64,000 nucleotides of DNA from Promethearchaeota archaeon (lineage in GTDB: Archaea; Asgardarchaeota; Lokiarchaeia; Sigyniarchaeales; SOKP01). This document shows positions 38,890-47,215 of the stretch, one piece after another. Made by a program: the position numbers and the translations under genes. The notes beneath the pieces were generated by a model that was not told where the DNA came from, ran no database searches, and saw only the letters and a list, made by a program, of their open reading frames with translations. Numbering within the stretch: the first letter of the stretch is position 1; each line of letters opens with the position of its first letter. Location: positions 512,001-576,000 of the forward strand of contig JBHLNF010000001.1 of NCBI GenBank assembly GCA_048937405.1, written 5' to 3'.

Positions 38890-39492
38890 ATGGTAGATAA
38901 GAATTTTATATTAAAAATAAGGCAATTCGCTCTTGATAATTCAGAACAAGATGATATTCATGGTTTCTTACATGTTGAGCGCGTTCTTAACTTATGTCTC
39001 AAATTAGGAAAAAAATTAGATGCTAATTTATTAGTACTTGAAATTGCAGCTTTATTGCACGATATTGGAAGAAAATATAAAGATAAAAAAAATATTAATA
39101 AGAAGCATGCTGAATTATCAGCTGAGATGGCTTCTAAATTCTTAACCGCCCATGACTTTAAACTTTCTCAAGATTCTCTTGATAATATAAATCACTGCAT
39201 TAGAACTCATTCTTTCTCAAATAATATGAAACCTCAAACTCTTGAGGCAAAAATATTGTCCGATGCAGATAAAATAGATGCTCTAGGTGCAATAGGATTA
39301 TACAGGACAATAGGATTCACTATTACAAATAAAGGAGGAATTGACCAAGTTATTCAACATTTGGAAAATAAAATATTAAAATTAAGAGAATTATTATATC
39401 TAGATTTGAGTAAAAAAATCGCAGAAGCAAAACAACAAATAATAGTGGATTTCTACCAGAAAATTAAAGAAGAAATTATGGGTTTATATTAA
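38890..39492 (+). CDS. HD-domain phosphohydrolase
   Basis: HGFLHVERV, LLHDIG and DADKIDALGAIG motifs. Confidence 0.9.
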   Translation: MVDKNFILKIRQFALDNSEQDDIHGFLHVERVLNLCLKLGKKLDANLLVLEIAALLHDIGRKYKDKKNINKKHAELSAEMASKFLTAHDFKLSQDSLDNINHCIRTHSFSNNMKPQTLEAKILSDADKIDALGAIGLYRTIGFTITNKGGIDQVIQHLENKILKLRELLYLDLSKKIAEAKQQIIVDFYQKIKEEIMGLY

Positions 39493-39544
39493 TACAAATA
39501 AATAATTTTCTTAGTAAAAATAATTGATATAGTAAAGGATTTTT

Positions 39545-40012
39545 ATGCCCCAACTTGTTAAAAGTGGAAAATATATATTTGGATGGTCAAAAATAGGAAA
39601 TCAAGGTAAAATTAAAATTCCTCCCGAAGCTTTTCAAGAGTACAATTTATCAATTGATAAATCTGTTATCTTATTTTCAGGTAGTAAAACCTCAGGTGGA
39701 TTTGGATTAAGTTCTATGAGGATATTAAGAAATTCAGTTATGAATGAATTAATAGAAAAAAATCCTTTATTAGCTAATTATGAAATACCTGAGGGTGAAA
39801 TTATTGAATTCAAAAATAAAAAATATTGTTGGTTAAAAATCCAAGAAGATAAAAGTATAATTCTGCCAGAAAGAACTTTAAATGCTTTTGAAATTAATAA
39901 AAATGTTCATTTACTTTCTGGAAGAGGTAGCCATTTAGCGATTGGATTTATTGCAAAAGGATCAATATTTAAGGAAGCACAAAAACATCCTGAAATTGAA
40001 ATTTTTGAATGA
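39545..40012 (+). CDS. tandem AbrB-like domain protein
   Basis: FGWSKIGNQGKIKIPPEA swapped-hairpin pattern, repeated degenerately. Confidence 0.6.
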   Translation: MPQLVKSGKYIFGWSKIGNQGKIKIPPEAFQEYNLSIDKSVILFSGSKTSGGFGLSSMRILRNSVMNELIEKNPLLANYEIPEGEIIEFKNKKYCWLKIQEDKSIILPERTLNAFEINKNVHLLSGRGSHLAIGFIAKGSIFKEAQKHPEIEIFE

Positions 40013-40026
40013 AGATTATCAAAATA

Positions 40027-40069
40027 TTTAAATAGTATGATTCGTATGATCATATTGGTATGATCATAC
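40027..40069 (+). promoter_or_regulatory. TATA box followed by repeated GTATGATCATAC palindromic operator
   Basis: TTTAAATA at 40027..40034; GTATGAT at 40035, GTATGATCATAT at 40044..40055, GTATGATCATAC at 40058..40069. Confidence 0.65.
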
Positions 40070-40087
40070 TAATATGAATTATGAAAG

Positions 40088-40543
40088 GTGATTAAAATAA
40101 CTGAATTTCCCGATAAAAAAGGAAACTACTTTTTTGGTTCAGTAAAAGTTGGTGAACGTGGTCAAATTGTTATACCTCTTAAAGCAAGAGAGATTTTTGG
40201 GATTAATGCTAAAGATGATATACATATATTTGGAGAATTAAATAAAGGATTAGGTCTTACAAAAATGGAAATTGAGAAAAATGAATTTGAAAAGCATGAA
40301 TATTATTTTGGTACTGCTAAAGTAGGCGAAAGAGGGCAGATTGTTATTCCACAAAACGCTCGGGAGTCTTTTAAAATAAATCCTGGAGACTTAATCCTCG
40401 TATTTGGGGATATTAAAAAAGGACTTGGTCTAATGAAAGCCACAAGATTGAAAAATTTTGCTTTAAAACTATTTCAAGGATTTGGAAGTGGTTTAGGGGA
40501 AATTCAGGAAAATAATAAAGATGATTTAAATGGTGAACAATAA
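40088..40543 (+). CDS. AbrB/MazE/SpoVT family regulator with two domains
   Basis: Two copies of KVGERGQIVIP; start may be ATA 40097. Confidence 0.9.
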   Translation: MIKITEFPDKKGNYFFGSVKVGERGQIVIPLKAREIFGINAKDDIHIFGELNKGLGLTKMEIEKNEFEKHEYYFGTAKVGERGQIVIPQNARESFKINPGDLILVFGDIKKGLGLMKATRLKNFALKLFQGFGSGLGEIQENNKDDLNGEQ

Positions 40544-41063
40544 AAAACAATCAAATTTAGATTTTAGATGTATGTCTTTTTTCTTTAAAATTCGAGATAT
40601 ATTTCATAATCCTATAAAAAAAATCGAAAATGCTGGTATTAAACAAGGAGAAACAGTATTAGATTATGGATGTGGTCCAGGAAGTTATTCTTTAGCTGCT
40701 GCTGAAAAAATAGGGACAATGGGAAAACTTATCGCAGCAGATATTCATCCATTAGCATTGAAAAGGGTGAGAAAGAAAGCAAAAAAAATGGGTTATAACA
40801 ATATTGAAACAATTCAGACAGATTGTGATACTAAATTGGCTGATGAAAGTATTGATCGAATAATTTGTTTTGATGTACTTCATGGAATCTCTAATACAAA
40901 TAACATTATAAAAGAATTTTATAGAGTTCTAAAGCCAAATTCGATACTCAGTCTTGATGATCATCATTATAATGAAGATCAAATAATTGATTTCATTACT
41001 TCTAAAGGACTCTTTAAATTATCTTATAGTAATGATAAACAATACAATTTTATTAAAATTTAA
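40530..41063 (+). CDS. class I SAM-dependent methyltransferase
   Basis: VLDYGCGPG motif. Confidence 0.88.
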   Translation: MVNNKKQSNLDFRCMSFFFKIRDIFHNPIKKIENAGIKQGETVLDYGCGPGSYSLAAAEKIGTMGKLIAADIHPLALKRVRKKAKKMGYNNIETIQTDCDTKLADESIDRIICFDVLHGISNTNNIIKEFYRVLKPNSILSLDDHHYNEDQIIDFITSKGLFKLSYSNDKQYNFIKI

Positions 41064-41121
41064 AAAATACAAAATTTGAGAAATCCCCTATAATCAAGAT
41101 ATTTACTGTGGGAATGTCAAA

Positions 41122-41682
41122 TCATTTTTTTTCTATTTTTCTATAATTTAAAACAGTTCCTTCTTCAATCCCGCTCCAATGAAACATCGGACGTTTAAAT
41201 TGCTCAACTAATTCAAAACCCATTTCTTTTATTAGTTTTTTGACTTTATTTAATTGGATTCCATAAGATCCTATATGAGTAGCAAAATAAGATAGAATAC
41301 CATAATTTATTTTTAAAATCCTATATATTTCGTTCAATAAATTAACTCGGTCATCCTTATCAATTAAATGATAAACATCATACATTAATACAACATCAAT
41401 AGAATTAGAATTCAAAGGAATCGATATCTCTTTCGAAGTTTTTATTATTTCAATATTAGAAATATTTTGATTTTTAATTTTATCAGATAATTCCTCTAAA
41501 ATATCTTCATCGTAATCAAGAGCATAAATTTTACCTTTATCTCCAACTATTTTTGAAGCAATTACAGAATATACACCTGAGCCACATCCAAAATCTAATA
41601 GATGTTGTCCACTTTTTATACCATAATCTCTAAGTATACTATCTCCCTTCAAATTTAGCCATTCTTCCATATGTAATTCCAC
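41122..41682 (-). CDS. class I SAM-dependent methyltransferase
   Basis: LLDFGCGSG motif; start probably ATG 41670. Confidence 0.88.
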   Translation of the reverse strand: MELHMEEWLNLKGDSILRDYGIKSGQHLLDFGCGSGVYSVIASKIVGDKGKIYALDYDEDILEELSDKIKNQNISNIEIIKTSKEISIPLNSNSIDVVLMYDVYHLIDKDDRVNLLNEIYRILKINYGILSYFATHIGSYGIQLNKVKKLIKEMGFELVEQFKRPMFHWSGIEEGTVLNYRKIEKK

Positions 41683-41793
41683 TTTTTCTATTTAATAAAA
41701 AAAAGTTTTTGTAAATTTCTAAATAAAAAAAAATTGTGTAAAATACACTAAAAATGCTTATGAGTTTTAAGATTAAAATTTTTCTTGTTTTCA

Positions 41794-42339
41794 CTAATAA
41801 TCAAGAGAAAAGGTTTGCTTAACCCATTCCTCAATATCTTTTTTTGAATTAGATTGAGGTTGTGCTCCTTTATATAGATCTTTTTTTCTTTGTTCTTCCA
41901 TCATTTTAGAAAGATCCCTTAATGAGATGATTTTTCCATTCCTAATCTCTATTTCAAGAACTGTCTTAAAAGCCATTGGTCTCTGAAATCCCATATGCAC
42001 ATACATCGATTGTATAAAATCTTTTGCAAGAAGGATACTCCCAGTAAAGTTTGTTTGAAGATTTAAATTTATATAATGATATTTAAATAGAGAATTCCCC
42101 TGTTGAGGTTCAATATCATTGATTTTTGGAGGATTATCAACATTTACCTGTAATTCATCAAGGATTAATAAACTTTTTGTAAATACATATTTCATAACAT
42201 AACCACGCCAACAAGCAGTGCAGCTAGAGTATGGTGATATACCTAAATCCTCAGGTTTAGTTAACCCATGACCTTTCAAACCAACTAATGAAAAAACTTC
42301 TCCATTTAATATGAATTCATCAGGAATTTGTGCTGTCAT
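41794..42339 (-). CDS. conserved-looking hypothetical protein
   Basis: MTAQIPD..CTACWRGY..YVHMGF; 10 nt downstream of the profilin-TrmB gene. Confidence 0.7.
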   Translation of the reverse strand: MTAQIPDEFILNGEVFSLVGLKGHGLTKPEDLGISPYSSCTACWRGYVMKYVFTKSLLILDELQVNVDNPPKINDIEPQQGNSLFKYHYINLNLQTNFTGSILLAKDFIQSMYVHMGFQRPMAFKTVLEIEIRNGKIISLRDLSKMMEEQRKKDLYKGAQPQSNSKKDIEEWVKQTFSLDY

Positions 42340-42349
42340 TATGAAAACC

Positions 42350-43588
42350 TCACAGTTTTAAGATAATACTCAATAATATTGGAAAATGTTCTTCAGATCC
42401 CCATACGACATAAATCTTATCCTCTAGGGGAATTGCTACATGTCTGGCAGCTACGATCCAATCAGTGCCAACATTATTTCCCGTTTCAGTCCCTTCTTTA
42501 AATTTGAAATACATAGTCATTCCCAAATAGTCTTGGATTTTTGTGTCCTCGATTCTAATATCCTCAAGATCAGGAATTGTGTATTCTTTGACATCGAGGT
42601 CAGGTTGTATAGGTTCTCTCATTTTTTCAGATGAAAGTTGTAAGGCAGCTTTAATAATAACTTCTTCCTTCACTTTTTTGTTATATTCAAAAATAATTAA
42701 ACCACAATCCTTTTCCTCACCCGTTACTCCAAGAGTGTTAAAATCAAAAGATTTTTCGCTATACAATTGAAAATCTTTTTTAATTTCTGTCATATCCATC
42801 CAACCATTCTCAAGTGTTTCCCCCATTATATAGCGAAAACTCTTTAAAATCTTTAACTCCTCTTCTTTTTGCTGAATTCGTTCATCGAATATATCATTTA
42901 ATGGTCTAGCAATATATTCTTGTGCACTCCGAGGCATCAACGGCAATTTCAATATCCAACCCTTACTTATCAAACGATCAATTATTCGATATATTGTCGT
43001 TCTTTTAATAGAGAGATCATCATTCAACTCACCAACTTTAGCTCCATTTTTACCTCTTGTTAATAAAGCCAAATAAACTTTTGCTTCTTCAATGCTTAAT
43101 CCAAATTTTAACAATCCAAGCTCTTGTAAATTATTTGTATCGTCAAGGAGTATTCTGGGAGTCGCCCATTTTAATTCTTCTACTTTACCTAAAGGAGTAT
43201 CGAAGTCCATATAAGGTTTCTTTGAACTTAACTTGCTTAAAGTTCGAGAAGCTTCCATCATTCCAAGTCGCTTTAATCCATTCGGAGCGACTTTACATAT
43301 AATCATCCTTTCTTCATCTTTAAATCCTAAAATTCCACCTTTCTCATTTGGTTCTATCCCAACCAATCTTTCAGGAGTAATTTGAATGATAACATATTTA
43401 ATACCCGAGATCATAAGAGACGTATGCTTCTTTGACCTCCAAACTGAAATAATCTCATTAATATCACTACTAATATCCCAATTATCTGTTGAATATTCTA
43501 ACTCTTTTTCTCCTTTTATTATTGCTGCAGCAATGGTTTTTGCTTCAGATTGTATTAATTCATTAAGAGCCTGTATTATTTTTTCCAT
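42350..43588 (-). CDS. Asgard profilin-like domain fused to a TrmB-type winged HTH and a C-terminal domain
   Basis: aa 1-120: AAAII..YSTDNWDIS..SLMISGIKYVIIQITPERLVG..G.ILG (Loki profilin pattern); aa ~155-245: FGLSIEEAKVYLALL..IKRTTIYRIIDRLISKGWI..YIARP. Confidence 0.8.
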   Translation of the reverse strand: MEKIIQALNELIQSEAKTIAAAIIKGEKELEYSTDNWDISSDINEIISVWRSKKHTSLMISGIKYVIIQITPERLVGIEPNEKGGILGFKDEERMIICKVAPNGLKRLGMMEASRTLSKLSSKKPYMDFDTPLGKVEELKWATPRILLDDTNNLQELGLLKFGLSIEEAKVYLALLTRGKNGAKVGELNDDLSIKRTTIYRIIDRLISKGWILKLPLMPRSAQEYIARPLNDIFDERIQQKEEELKILKSFRYIMGETLENGWMDMTEIKKDFQLYSEKSFDFNTLGVTGEEKDCGLIIFEYNKKVKEEVIIKAALQLSSEKMREPIQPDLDVKEYTIPDLEDIRIEDTKIQDYLGMTMYFKFKEGTETGNNVGTDWIVAARHVAIPLEDKIYVVWGSEEHFPILLSIILKL

Positions 43589-43638
43589 ACTTTAATACCC
43601 TCTCTATTATCTTTTTCAATTTTATAAAAAAAAATTAT

Positions 43639-43836
43639 TTATTTTTCTCCAAATTTCCTTTTTATTTCATCTAATACCTTTTTGTAATACATATTTTCTT
43701 TAGATTCTTGAATTTCCGTGAAATATTCCGGCATTATTAAATTCTTGGATTTTTGTTTTAGATCTTTTTCCGATATAATAATTCCTTCATCCAGTACTAT
43801 GCAAGCAATTCCATCCATTATTCTTATTCTTACCAT
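43639..43836 (-). CDS. small hypothetical protein in the actin cluster
   Basis: 65 aa; AGGGA SD before ATG; 36 nt after the actin stop. Confidence 0.7.
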   Translation of the reverse strand: MVRIRIMDGIACIVLDEGIIISEKDLKQKSKNLIMPEYFTEIQESKENMYYKKVLDEIKRKFGEK

Positions 43837-43872
43837 TATTGTCCCTTCTAATTTAATACTGATAATTCCTAA

Positions 43873-45018
43873 TTAAAAACATCGATGGATAACTTGAGGA
43901 CCTAATTCCTTGTAATCTCGTCTAGTAATCCACATCCTATAAAAAGTCTTTAAAGAACTTAAAATAGATCCGCCAATCCACACCGAATACATTCGTTCAG
44001 GAGGAGCTATTATTTTGACATCAATTGATTCTGGAATTTGTTCTTTGATTTCTCGGGTTAATCTCTCTTTAATACCGGGAAACATTGTAGAACCACCTGA
44101 AAGAACAATATTACTATAAAGATCTCTTCGTAAATCTACATCACACTCAGATATTGCGCCTATTATAACATCATCTAAGGGAGCTAATTCTTTTCCTACA
44201 ACAGAAGGATTAAATAAACATTCCGGAGCTAAAAACCTTTCAAGTCCAATTGTAATAGTTTCACCATCAGGAAGCATAAAATTCTTTGCCATCCCAGCTA
44301 CTTTATTGGAAAGAATAATTTCCTTTTCTGGATCAATAGCAACATAGCATAATTTTTCTTTAATATCTCTTACAATCTCTTTCTCGGCTGAAGTATAAAA
44401 TGAATATCCATTTTGCCTTAATAACCTCTGCAAATATGTTGTAACATCCCTTCCAGCTAGATCAATTCGCTGTATCGCATGACTTAATGCAAATCCCTCA
44501 AATATGGGTACTATATGTGCAACTCCATCTCCGATATCTACAACACATCCCGTCGTTCGACCAGAAGCATAAAGTGATAAGACTGCTTGTGTTGCGATAT
44601 AAAGAGCTGGGACATTGAATGTTTCGAACATTATTTCTGCCATTTTTTCTCTATTTGATCTGGGATTCAATGGAGCTTCTGTTAATAGTACAGGAAATTC
44701 TGATGGATCAATTCTTAGATCTGTATAGAATGTATAATGATATATTCTTTCCATTGCTGGCCAATCTTCAACAACTCCATGTTCGATAGGAAATTGTAGA
44801 TTCATTATCCCTTTTAATTCCATCGCTTCTTCTCCAATATACCATTCTCGACTGTAATCTTTTACATCAGGCATAATGTTACCATATTTTGGTTTTCCAA
44901 TAACAGTTGGAAAAACCGAACGTGGCTGATCTTCACCTCCAAAACCATTTTTTGAGATTCCTGTCCCATTATCTATAACAATAGCTCTATTATTTCTAAA
45001 GTCCCCGTTGACTGAAAT
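43873..45018 (-). CDS. Asgard actin homolog (381 aa), probable ATT start
   Basis: Frame extends 48 codons upstream of the track ATG and adds IVIDNGTGISKNGFGGEDQPRSVFPT; also LLTEAPLNP, LYASGRTTG, DIGDG, LSGGSTMFPG, SVWIGGSIL and IHRCF. Confidence 0.95.
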   Translation of the reverse strand: MSVNGDFRNNRAIVIDNGTGISKNGFGGEDQPRSVFPTVIGKPKYGNIMPDVKDYSREWYIGEEAMELKGIMNLQFPIEHGVVEDWPAMERIYHYTFYTDLRIDPSEFPVLLTEAPLNPRSNREKMAEIMFETFNVPALYIATQAVLSLYASGRTTGCVVDIGDGVAHIVPIFEGFALSHAIQRIDLAGRDVTTYLQRLLRQNGYSFYTSAEKEIVRDIKEKLCYVAIDPEKEIILSNKVAGMAKNFMLPDGETITIGLERFLAPECLFNPSVVGKELAPLDDVIIGAISECDVDLRRDLYSNIVLSGGSTMFPGIKERLTREIKEQIPESIDVKIIAPPERMYSVWIGGSILSSLKTFYRMWITRRDYKELGPQVIHRCF

Positions 45019-45072
45019 TTTAAAACCACCTCTTTTTTTTATATTGAGTTATAGATTAAATAAAAATGATAA

Positions 45073-45102
45073 TATTTAAATGTTGTCACGATATGGTGAC
45101 AA
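45073..45102 (-). promoter_or_regulatory. actin promoter TATA box with an adjacent palindromic operator
   Basis: TTTAAATA at 45080..45073; perfect inverted repeat TTGTCAC-GATATG-GTGACAA at 45083..45102. Confidence 0.65.
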
Positions 45103-45177
45103 TTATGTTATGAATTGTAAACAACAAAAAAAAAAATTAATTAACTCAAAATTTCTTTAAATAGATAGAAAAGTATT

Positions 45178-45612
45178 ATGACAAGTTTAACTAGTACTGA
45201 AATAAGTTGTCCTCACTGTAAAAACTCATTTCGGATTATCTGGGAAGCATCAATAAATACGTGGTTAAATCCAGAATTAATTCAAAAAATTCTTGATGAT
45301 AGATATTATTATGAATGTCCAAAATGTACAAAACAAATACATTTTGTGACAAAGATTTTAATAAATTGTCCTAAAGGGATGTTTTGGATATCAAATGATG
45401 AAGAAATAGAAATAAAAAAAAAAATCTTGAAAGATTATGGTGTTATTAACGAGGATGGAAAGATTTTAACTCCAATAAGGGGAGTTGATCTTCCTGCAGA
45501 TGATCACCCCGGTTTGAACTCCAACTTTGATAAGATAATTAGGAACTTTAAAGATGAGTTGTTAACTAACAATAATAATGATTCTTTAGAAAAAAAGAAT
45601 AAGAGTAGATAA
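45178..45612 (+). CDS. CpXC-type zinc-ribbon protein
   Basis: ISCPHC..SINT..PEL..ECPKC. Confidence 0.75.
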   Translation: MTSLTSTEISCPHCKNSFRIIWEASINTWLNPELIQKILDDRYYYECPKCTKQIHFVTKILINCPKGMFWISNDEEIEIKKKILKDYGVINEDGKILTPIRGVDLPADDHPGLNSNFDKIIRNFKDELLTNNNNDSLEKKNKSR

Positions 45613-45616
45613 AAGA

Positions 45617-46681
45617 TTATTTTTTAAGCAAGTTTATCAACTTTTTTACTATTAGATCCCCCATTTCTTTTGTAGTTAGTGTTTTAAAAGCACTATTCTC
45701 AATATCTATGGTTCTTCCTTCGTTAAGGGCTTCCTCCACAGATTTCTCAATTAAAAAACCTATTTCTGGAGAATTGAATGATTCTTGCAACATTAGCTTT
45801 ACACTTAGAATAGTGCCTATTGGATTAGCTATATTTTTTCCAGCAATATCAGGAGCCGAACCATGTATTGGTTCATACATAGATACATGTCCGGGATTTA
45901 TGTTTCCACTGGCGGCCATTCCTAAACTACCAATCAGAAAAGCACCTTCATCACTAGTAATATCACCAAACATATTGCCTGTAACTACTGTTTCGTAAGA
46001 ATAAGGAGCACGAATTAACCATTGACAAAAAGCATCAATATAAACATCCTCTTTCTCTAAATCGGGATAATCTTCACCAATTTTATGAAAGATATTACGC
46101 CAAAATTGACTTGCTTTTATAACATTTGCTTTATCAACAGAAGTAATTTTTTTATGACCATTCTTCTTTGCAAATTCACAAGCATATCGCATAATTCGTT
46201 CACACCCTTTTTTTGTATAAAACATTACACTTTCTGCGCTCTCATCTGATATTTCTCCGATTCCTTTATATATTCCCTCTGTATTTTCTCTAATAATAGT
46301 GAAATCAATACCTTTTCCTATAAATTCATCTCTAAGTGGACATCTATCACGTAGAGGATAATATAACTTGATTGGCCTCATATTCACGTATAGGTCTAAA
46401 TCTTGCCTTATCTTTAAGATTGCAGATTCAGCAATTCCGGGGGGTAAATCAGGAAGTCCAATAGCACCAAATAATAAAGCATCAGAATTTTTAATAATTT
46501 CAAATGTCTTTTTTGGAAGGCTTTCACCACAATCTTTCCAAACTTTACCTCCAGCTGGAGCGTTTATAAATTCAAAATCAAAATCACTATATTCAGAAAT
46601 AACTTTTAGAATCTTTATCCCTTCTTCTACTACTTCTAATCCACATCCATCACCATGAGTGACTGCAATTTCTTTTTTCAT
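45617..46681 (-). CDS. leuB: 3-isopropylmalate dehydrogenase
   Basis: GDGCGLEV, RENTEG, NMFGDITSD and EPIHGSAPDIAG motifs; operon context. Confidence 0.92.
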   Translation of the reverse strand: MKKEIAVTHGDGCGLEVVEEGIKILKVISEYSDFDFEFINAPAGGKVWKDCGESLPKKTFEIIKNSDALLFGAIGLPDLPPGIAESAILKIRQDLDLYVNMRPIKLYYPLRDRCPLRDEFIGKGIDFTIIRENTEGIYKGIGEISDESAESVMFYTKKGCERIMRYACEFAKKNGHKKITSVDKANVIKASQFWRNIFHKIGEDYPDLEKEDVYIDAFCQWLIRAPYSYETVVTGNMFGDITSDEGAFLIGSLGMAASGNINPGHVSMYEPIHGSAPDIAGKNIANPIGTILSVKLMLQESFNSPEIGFLIEKSVEEALNEGRTIDIENSAFKTLTTKEMGDLIVKKLINLLKK

Positions 46682-47199
46682 TATGATCCCTCTTCTGAAT
46701 TGGTAATTTGTTCTCTTGCAAAATTTATTAGACCTTGTGCTTTAATTATTTTCTGTAAAAAAGCTGGAAATTTGCTAAAGGAATATGATTTGCTAGTGGT
46801 TATATTTTCTATAATTCCGTTCCCAAAGTCAATATTTAGTAGATCTCCATTATTAAAAGCATCGATGTCAGAAAACCGAAGAATTGGAAGTCCAATATTA
46901 ATGGCATTTCTGAAAAATATACGTGCAAAACTGGGAGCGATAATTAATTCTATTCCCGAAGCTTTTAAAGCAATTGGTGCTTGTTCTCGGCTTGAACCAC
47001 AACCAAAATTTGAGCCTGAGACGAGAATTGTTGCCTGAAGATTATCTTTATTCTTATGAAACTCCCCATCTAAATCTTCCATGCAATGCTCAGCTAAAAA
47101 CTGAGGATTTATGTCTACTAAGTATCGAGCAGGGATTATTAAATCTGTATTGATATTTTCTTGAGCATATTTAATTACTTTTCCTTTTATTTCTATCAC
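46681..47199 (-). CDS. leuD: 3-isopropylmalate dehydratase small subunit
   Basis: INTDLIIPARYL, NFGCGSSREQA and FARIFFRN motifs; start may be ATA 47190. Confidence 0.93.
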   Translation of the reverse strand: MIEIKGKVIKYAQENINTDLIIPARYLVDINPQFLAEHCMEDLDGEFHKNKDNLQATILVSGSNFGCGSSREQAPIALKASGIELIIAPSFARIFFRNAINIGLPILRFSDIDAFNNGDLLNIDFGNGIIENITTSKSYSFSKFPAFLQKIIKAQGLINFAREQITNSEEGS

Positions 47200-47215
47200 C
47201 TTTTATATTTTACCT

